From contig NZ_LT934425.1 in NCBI RefSeq assembly GCF_900232105.1, forward strand, positions 1,020,001-1,052,000: a stretch of 32,000 nucleotides of DNA. Reading direction: 5' to 3'. Each line of letters starts with the position of its first letter. Positions within the stretch are counted from its first letter, which is position 1. The notes under the pieces were generated by a model. It made no database searches. It saw only the letters and a list, made by a program, of their open reading frames with translations, and was not told the origin of the DNA. Source of the DNA: Candidatus Kuenenia stuttgartensis. GTDB lineage: Bacteria > Planctomycetota > Brocadiia > Brocadiales > Brocadiaceae. The position numbers were made by a program, and so were the translations under genes. Shown here in pieces: positions 28,063 through 32,000 of the stretch.

Positions 28063-28181
28063 TTAAAGACCAATAAATTCCCTGCCATGCCCCGCCATTT
28101 CAATTATCATTCCAGTTATAACCTCATAATATATATAAGGTTAACACTTCTTTGAAATATAAAGAATATTTTGTGGCGTAT

Positions 28182-28198
28182 TTGGCATGAATATTGAT
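28182..28198 (+). promoter_or_regulatory. Weak candidate sigma54-type promoter (-24 TGGCAT / -12 TTGAT) upstream of the flagellin remnant
   Basis: ttggcatgaatattgat compared with the consensus YTGGCACGnnnnTTGCW. The GG is correctly spaced, but the -12 GC is GA. It lies 62 nt upstream of the ATG at 28260. Confidence 0.2.
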
Positions 28199-28259
28199 TC
28201 GAATAATGGTGGAAATTTTTAGCAGGATGATTACTGAATAATTTAAAGGTAAAGTTTAA

Positions 28260-28361
28260 ATGACAAGAATTAATACAAATATAGGAGCGTTGAATGCTCT
28301 AAAGTCATTAAACGACCAGGCCAATATTTCACCGCAAACGATAATGAATTTGTTTAAATAA
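28260..28361 (+). pseudogene. Flagellin N-terminal remnant (33 codons)
   Basis: MTRINTNIGALNALKSLNDQ matches the conserved flagellin N-terminus (M..INTN..AL.A...L). The similarity ends after about 20 residues and a stop follows at 28359..28361. Confidence 0.35.
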
Positions 28362-28373
28362 TATTGTAATATG

Positions 28374-28826
28374 CTATTGAGAAATTATTTTAAGAAATTT
28401 AGAGACCGTTAGTATTATGATTCCATGTTTTTTCATCTCGTCTATTAAGTCTAAATCTATTTTGACATCATCGTCGCGAGTGACAAGATAATCGATTCTG
28501 CCTTTTATTCGTTATGGCAGCCTCCGGAACCATATTGTCCTTTTTTGTCCCTGCAGAGATTTGTATCATCTGTCAAATATACCCTGAGACCTGCGCCTGC
28601 CAGTATTTCAATAAACATATCGATTTCGTCATCGGTTATTTTGGAGAGATTTTTTATCCTGGAACGTCTGAGAACGTCTTACAATTCTTTGAGGAGATAG
28701 TGTTGATATGACCATGTCAAATTCCAGGCAGAGGAATTTTTCCATAATTTTGGCAGGATAGCCTTTTCTGTTAATAAAAGCAGAAACCCATACATTGGTA
28801 TCAATGAGGACTATTTTTTGAGTCAT
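28374..28826 (-). pseudogene. PIN-domain toxin, inactivated by a nonsense codon and frameshifts
   Basis: ORF 28629..28826 gives MTQKIVLIDTNVWVSAFINRKGYPAKIMEKF..FDMVIS. The remainder is readable only by frame hopping: LLKEL-TAA-DVLRRSRIKNLSKITDDEIDMFIEILAGAGLRVYLTDDTNLCRDKK, then DNMVPEAAI, then VTRDDDVKIDLDLIDEMKKHGIIILTVSKFLKII, with the stop at 28374..28376. Confidence 0.7.
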
Positions 28827-29052
28827 TTATTTTCCCAACTTCTCTATGAGCTTCTGTAATAGCAATTTCTATTTCTTCCGATGAATGTTTATCCGTTCTT
28901 TTATAAATAGTTTCAGTTAGTGTTTTCAGTTGATTACACAAACGTTCATCCAGATTAATATCAAGTTTAACCCGCTCATGCTCATTGAGTGAAACAGGTT
29001 CTAAGGGTTTAAATACGCCATCTTCAAATATGGCATTGATGGTTTTAGACAT
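28801..29052 (-). CDS. DUF104 / AF2212-like antitoxin family protein (intact)
   Basis: An 83-aa ORF. MSKTINAIFEDGVFKPLEPVSLNEHERVKLDI is the hallmark N-terminus of the DUF104 antitoxin family. It lies immediately upstream of the PIN gene start and overlaps it. Confidence 0.75.
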   Translation of the reverse strand: MSKTINAIFEDGVFKPLEPVSLNEHERVKLDINLDERLCNQLKTLTETIYKRTDKHSSEEIEIAITEAHREVGKINDSKNSPH

Positions 29053-29092
29053 TTTTTATTACCCCTTATAATAAATCTGGTACCGCAATATA

Positions 29093-29151
29093 ATATGGCT
29101 ATTAAACCATTTTCATCGTTTTTGGGTGTTGCAAATGAAACATGATGACTG
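29093..29151. repeat. 59-bp direct repeat, copy 1
   Basis: atatggctattaaaccattttcatcgtttttgggtgttgcaaatgaaacatgatgactg. It matches 29593..29651 at about 54 of 59 positions. Confidence 0.8.
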
Positions 29152-29224
29152 ATAACTTATTTTGTCATTACAAGTGGAAGCGGATTAGAAATCCGATGCT
29201 CTATCCATCATACCAAAACCACAT

Positions 29225-29279
29225 GCTTGTCATTGCGAGGGCGTCAGCTGTCATTGCGAGGGTCTTTTCCGAAGTAATC
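29225..29279. repeat. Left arm of inverted repeats bracketing the GIY-YIG remnant
   Basis: gcttgtcattgcgagggcgtcagctgtcattgcgagggtcttttccgaagtaatc. It contains an internal tandem tgtcattgcgaggg x2. Confidence 0.8.
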
Positions 29280-29417
29280 TCATAAACCGTCATAGAGATC
29301 CTTCCATCCTGCATTCATTTCATTAATTAATTCTATTTTTTTGGCCCTTGAGCCACCCTTAATTTGCCTCTCCCGCGATATGGCGTTTCTTACGCCACGA
29401 AATATCTCGTAGTATAC
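29280..29417 (-). pseudogene. GIY-YIG nuclease-family (UPF0213-like) C-terminal remnant
   Basis: VYYEIFRGVRNAISRERQIKGGSRAKKIELINEMNAGWKDLYDGL matches the C-terminal half of small GIY-YIG proteins (...YYE.F....AI.REKQIKGW.R.KK..LI...NP.W.DLY). The N-terminal GIY-YIG motifs are missing. The track ORF 29280..29474 extends into repeat sequence. Confidence 0.6.
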
Positions 29418-29418
29418 T

Positions 29419-29476
29419 GATTGCTTCGGAAAAAACCCTCGCAATGACAAGCGGAGAGACCCTCGCAATGACAAGC
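29419..29476. repeat. Right arm of inverted repeats bracketing the GIY-YIG remnant
   Basis: The reverse complement reads gcttgtcattgcgagggtctctccgcttgtcattgcgagggttttttccgaagcaatc, about 85 percent identical to 29225..29279. Confidence 0.8.
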
Positions 29477-29592
29477 TGATACCTTTTGGATGGCCCTATA
29501 CATTTGAACCGGTACGGAAACAGAAATGCCAGATGCTTCCGACTCGAAAGTAAGACTACAAAAAACAGCTTGAGTACATATACTACAACACG

Positions 29593-29651
29593 ATATGGTT
29601 ATAAAACCATTTTCATCGTTTCCGGGTGTTGCAAATGAAACATGATGACTG
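29593..29651. repeat. 59-bp direct repeat, copy 2
   Basis: atatggttataaaaccattttcatcgtttccgggtgttgcaaatgaaacatgatgactg. It starts exactly 500 bp after copy 1. Confidence 0.8.
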
Positions 29652-29783
29652 TTTGGTAACGCAGTGGCAGCAGTGGCACTGGAAACTACATTCGCAGGTT
29701 TATAACCGTTCGGTTGATCTCACAACAAAGCCTGGACCAAAGCAAAGTAACACTTTAGTCTTTTGGAAAATGTACTACCTATA

Positions 29784-29940
29784 AGCTCCGTAGGAGCAGC
29801 CTGTTTGTCGCAAAATAGGATATTATAACAGATCTTAGAGACAGGTTTGAAACCTGTCTCTACAATTAGGAGCGACCTGTCTCTTGTAAATCCATATAAA
29901 CAGGCCTACCTGAATACGGACAGGCCGCTCCTACGGAGCT
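29784..29940. repeat. REP-like structured unit: 14-bp terminal inverted repeats enclosing a 12-bp hairpin
   Basis: agctccgtaggagc (29784..29797) pairs with gctcctacggagct (29927..29940). The inner hairpin is tagagacaggtt-tga-aacctgtctcta (29836..29862). GTAG-containing mini-palindromes (gctcc-gta-ggagc) are typical of REP elements. Confidence 0.6.
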
Positions 29941-29952
29941 ATTTACCCTATT

Positions 29953-30067
29953 GAATTTTATTGCGCTACTACAAACAGACCGCCCCTAACAGGGCTGCAT
30001 GGTATTTTTTCTATCACGGAAATTTTTCAAAAGACTAAAATGTTGCAAATTTTGTGATTTGGGCACT
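29953..30067 (+). repeat. Copy B of the ~115-120-bp repeat carrying a cccctaacagggc hairpin
   Basis: gaattttattgcgctactacaaacagaccgcccctaacagggctgcatggtattttttctatcacggaaatttttcaaaagactaa... aligns with 26033..26154. Confidence 0.6.
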
Positions 30068-30223
30068 GGAATTTTATTGCAATACATGGCTCCATTATCC
30101 ACACAAACTCATGGTTTGCAAACCTTAATCCACTTGGAGTTAGGCTGGGAAGTAAATAAGGTACCCCCCTTGATTAATGCTTAATTTATAGACAATAAAA
30201 TGCATTTTGCTACTTTATTTGCC

Positions 30224-30310
30224 ATGACACGACAAAGCGATGCATAGAATTTGAAGGGGCATACTATCGCACCTTATCGAGCGGAAATGAGTGTCTGAAG
30301 TTCAGGAGGG
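30224..30310 (+). pseudogene. N-terminal remnant of an IS200-like (Y1) / REP-associated-type transposase
   Basis: After ATG at 30224 (MTRQS) and one frameshift, the sequence reads RCIEFEGAYYRTLSSGNECLKFRRG. It resembles the conserved R.IE[FY].GA.YHV.SRGNER..IF N-terminus of that family. It is truncated by the neighbouring gene. Confidence 0.35.
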
Positions 30311-30353
30311 GGAAACGGTGGGGGCATTATTACAGGCAGCTCGTGAATTGTAA

Positions 30354-31118
30354 TTACAATTTTATACGCAATCCATCATAAGCGAGTTCCACGTTTTCAG
30401 GAAGCCTGCTATTTGTTGACTCATGCTCTATATCATGGCATATGTGGGTAAAATAGGTCTTTTGGGGCCTGACTTTAGAGACAATATCCAGCGCCTGGTC
30501 TATATTGAAATGCTTTGCGTGAGGCGTGTAGCGGAGTGCGCCCAGGACAAGGACGTCGAGATTCATTAATTTTGCCAATGAGTGATCGGGTATTTCACTC
30601 ACATCCGTTATATAAGCGAATCTTTCGAACCGATAGCCCGTAACGAGGCCATTCCCATGAATAGCGTCAATCGGCACAATGGAAAAACCGCCTATTTTTA
30701 CATTGCCATCAATGGCGTTAAGAGAAAAGCGGGGTACATAGCCATCGTTTTTTGCCCGGATATCAAACGCATAGGCGAAAATTCTTTTTATGCCCTCAAG
30801 GGTATCTGGTGTGCCATAAATAGGGATGTCTTTACGCTGTACAATATTGAACCGCCGGAGATCGTCCAGCCCGAAAATATGGTCTGCATGGATATGGGTT
30901 ATGAGGACGGCATCCAGCCTGGTAACGTTGTTCTTTATACATTGAAGCCTCATTTCCGGCGTGGCGTCGATAAGGATGTCGCAGCCATTTTCACAAACAA
31001 GAACTGACGTGCGCATCCTTTTATTCTTTGGATTATCGGAGGTACACACCTTGCAGTTGCATGCAATCATCGGTACGCCGTGCGATGTTCCCGTGCCCAG
31101 GAATATTACTTCCATCAT
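30354..31118 (-). CDS. MBL-fold metallo-hydrolase, PhnP-like phosphodiesterase subfamily
   Basis: A 254-aa ORF. It contains FLGTGTSHGVPMIACNCKVCTS (N-terminal Cys cluster), ITHIHADHIFGLDDLR (HxHxDH) and a downstream His/Asp ligand pattern. Confidence 0.85.
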   Translation of the reverse strand: MMEVIFLGTGTSHGVPMIACNCKVCTSDNPKNKRMRTSVLVCENGCDILIDATPEMRLQCIKNNVTRLDAVLITHIHADHIFGLDDLRRFNIVQRKDIPIYGTPDTLEGIKRIFAYAFDIRAKNDGYVPRFSLNAIDGNVKIGGFSIVPIDAIHGNGLVTGYRFERFAYITDVSEIPDHSLAKLMNLDVLVLGALRYTPHAKHFNIDQALDIVSKVRPQKTYFTHICHDIEHESTNSRLPENVELAYDGLRIKL

Positions 31119-31180
31119 TTGTACCCTTTCAAAGGATATGAATACATTTAAGGGACTTGAAATTTTCTATTATGCTGCAG

Positions 31181-31236
31181 CAGTCGGTAGTCTACAGTCG
31201 GAAAATCGCAGGTTGAGGACTGCCGATTGCCGACCA
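31181..31236. repeat. Heptamer-phased element (family 1) between the CorC-type gene stop and the MBL gene start
   Basis: Eight in-phase heptamers: cagtcgg tagtcta cagtcgg aaaatcg caggttg aggactg ccgattg ccgacca. It shares the words cagtcgg/ccgactg and cagtcct with the elements at 9566 and 25863. Confidence 0.7.
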
Positions 31237-31303
31237 CAGAAGCAACAATTAATATTTTGTCAAAAATGCAATGAAATTACTAATAAGGTACTAAATTGTT
31301 ACG

Positions 31304-32000
31304 TTATTTGTGCCTTCGCATGCCAACACGTTGACTCCATATTTTTTTTACTATCCCGTCATCGTCTTCATCATAAATTTCACCCAAAATCTCTTCCAGA
31401 ATATCCTCCATGGTTACGATTCCAACGGGTTTTAAATTTTTACAAACTATTGCCATTTGGAGGTGATATGTCTGAAGATTTTTTAATATCTTCAAAATGG
31501 GGTCATTTACCTCTACAAAATAAGGCTCACGGACCAGGTTTGACAATGAAAAAGGGCTTTTTGTATCCATCATTGCAATGAACTCTTTCGTGTGCAAAAT
31601 GCCAAAAACCTTTAACTCTCCTTCTTCCGAAATAACAGGAATCCTTGTATGGCCGCAGGCAATTACCACCTTCAGTATGTCTTCTTTGTTCATTGATACG
31701 GGTATGGTTACTGCTTTGGAAAATGGAAGCATTATTTCAGAAACCTTTTTAAATCTCAAGGCAAATAGGTTTAAAATGTAGTCTTTGTGAAACGGAGGCA
31801 ATGATTCCAGGGAAAGTTCGGGGGTCACGGTTTTATCAGAAACCGTTGTACGAATACCAAACAGCGATAAGAGTTTTATCGTCGATTCTTCCAGGGTATG
31901 AATAACGGGCATGGCAACCTTTATCATTATTCTCAGGAAACGTCCCGATACTAAAGACACCTCTTCGGGGTAACGGATTGCAATTGCTTTTGGCACCAAT
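31304..32000 (-). CDS. CNNM/TlyC/CorB-type protein (DUF21 end, CBS pair, short C-terminus); the N-terminus lies beyond the right edge
   Basis: VPKAIAIRYPEEVSLVSGRFLRI marks the end of DUF21. It is followed by VSEIMLPFSKAVTIPVSMNKEDILKVVIACGHTRIPVISEEG.LKVFGILHTKE and LQMAIVCKNLKPVGIVTMEDILEEILGEIYDE, the standard CBS pair of this family. Confidence 0.85.
   Translation of the reverse strand, partial: LVPKAIAIRYPEEVSLVSGRFLRIMIKVAMPVIHTLEESTIKLLSLFGIRTTVSDKTVTPELSLESLPPFHKDYILNLFALRFKKVSEIMLPFSKAVTIPVSMNKEDILKVVIACGHTRIPVISEEGELKVFGILHTKEFIAMMDTKSPFSLSNLVREPYFVEVNDPILKILKNLQTYHLQMAIVCKNLKPVGIVTMEDILEEILGEIYDEDDDGIVKKIWSQRVGMRRHK

Noticed and set aside
29165-29225. tRNA-like fragment on the minus strand (tggatagagcatcggatttctaatccg: D-loop plus an anticodon stem-loop with UCU, Arg-like). 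It might mark a former integration site.
   Set aside because: It has no T-arm (no GGTTCGAATCC-like sequence), the acceptor stem cannot be closed and the 5' D-stem does not pair. It is at best a roughly 30-nt relic, and chance resemblance cannot be excluded without tRNAscan/Infernal.
30961-31581. 206-aa plus-strand ORF spanning the MBL gene start, the spacer and the CorC gene end.
   Set aside because: It runs antisense through two well-supported minus-strand genes and across the heptamer array. The translation is low-complexity with no motifs.

Overview
This is a 32-kb chromosomal window from a moderately AT-rich, diderm-type bacterium. The taxon cannot be fixed from the sequence alone. A class-A flavodiiron protein, a short-type ThiC, an ADP-forming acetyl-CoA synthetase and a UbiD-family decarboxylase suggest an anaerobe or microaerophile. 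Most of the window is housekeeping or envelope genes. In order these are ridA (partial), truA, a CsaA-like tRNA-binding protein, recN, rluB, thiC, a standalone Pta-N-terminal-like (DRTGG) protein next to acd, and an AsmA-like protein. They are followed by an uncharacterised two-gene cassette, a CBS-pair protein, ftsH, an M20 peptidase, a Dpm1/Ppm1-like GT2, a UbiD-family enzyme and a flavodiiron protein. The window ends with a translationally coupled ArnT-like/GT2/LAB_N operon, a PhnP-like MBL hydrolase and a CNNM/CorC-type protein (partial). Positions 25.9-30.35 kb are a decayed accessory patch. It holds a complete IS1634-family element with a 6-bp target duplication, a flagellin 5' remnant, and a nonsense- and frameshift-mutated PIN toxin beside an intact DUF104-type antitoxin. 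It also holds a GIY-YIG remnant inside inverted repeats, REP-like hairpins and an IS200-like transposase remnant. Two peculiarities run across the window. First, most gene 3' ends are followed by elements built from in-phase heptanucleotide units that form hairpins or palindromes, in at least three sequence families. One family brackets the two-gene cassette with a perfect 28-bp inverted repeat. Second, recN, thiC, the DRTGG gene and acd, all in the first 9.5 kb, are riddled with +/-1 frameshifts, whereas the remaining 22 kb reads cleanly. I saw no CRISPR array, rRNA, intact tRNA or recognisable defence system. The best candidates for something undescribed are the heptamer-phased 3' elements and the repeat-bracketed cassette. 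All calls come from reading translations and motifs by eye. No database search was run, and frameshift positions are approximate.
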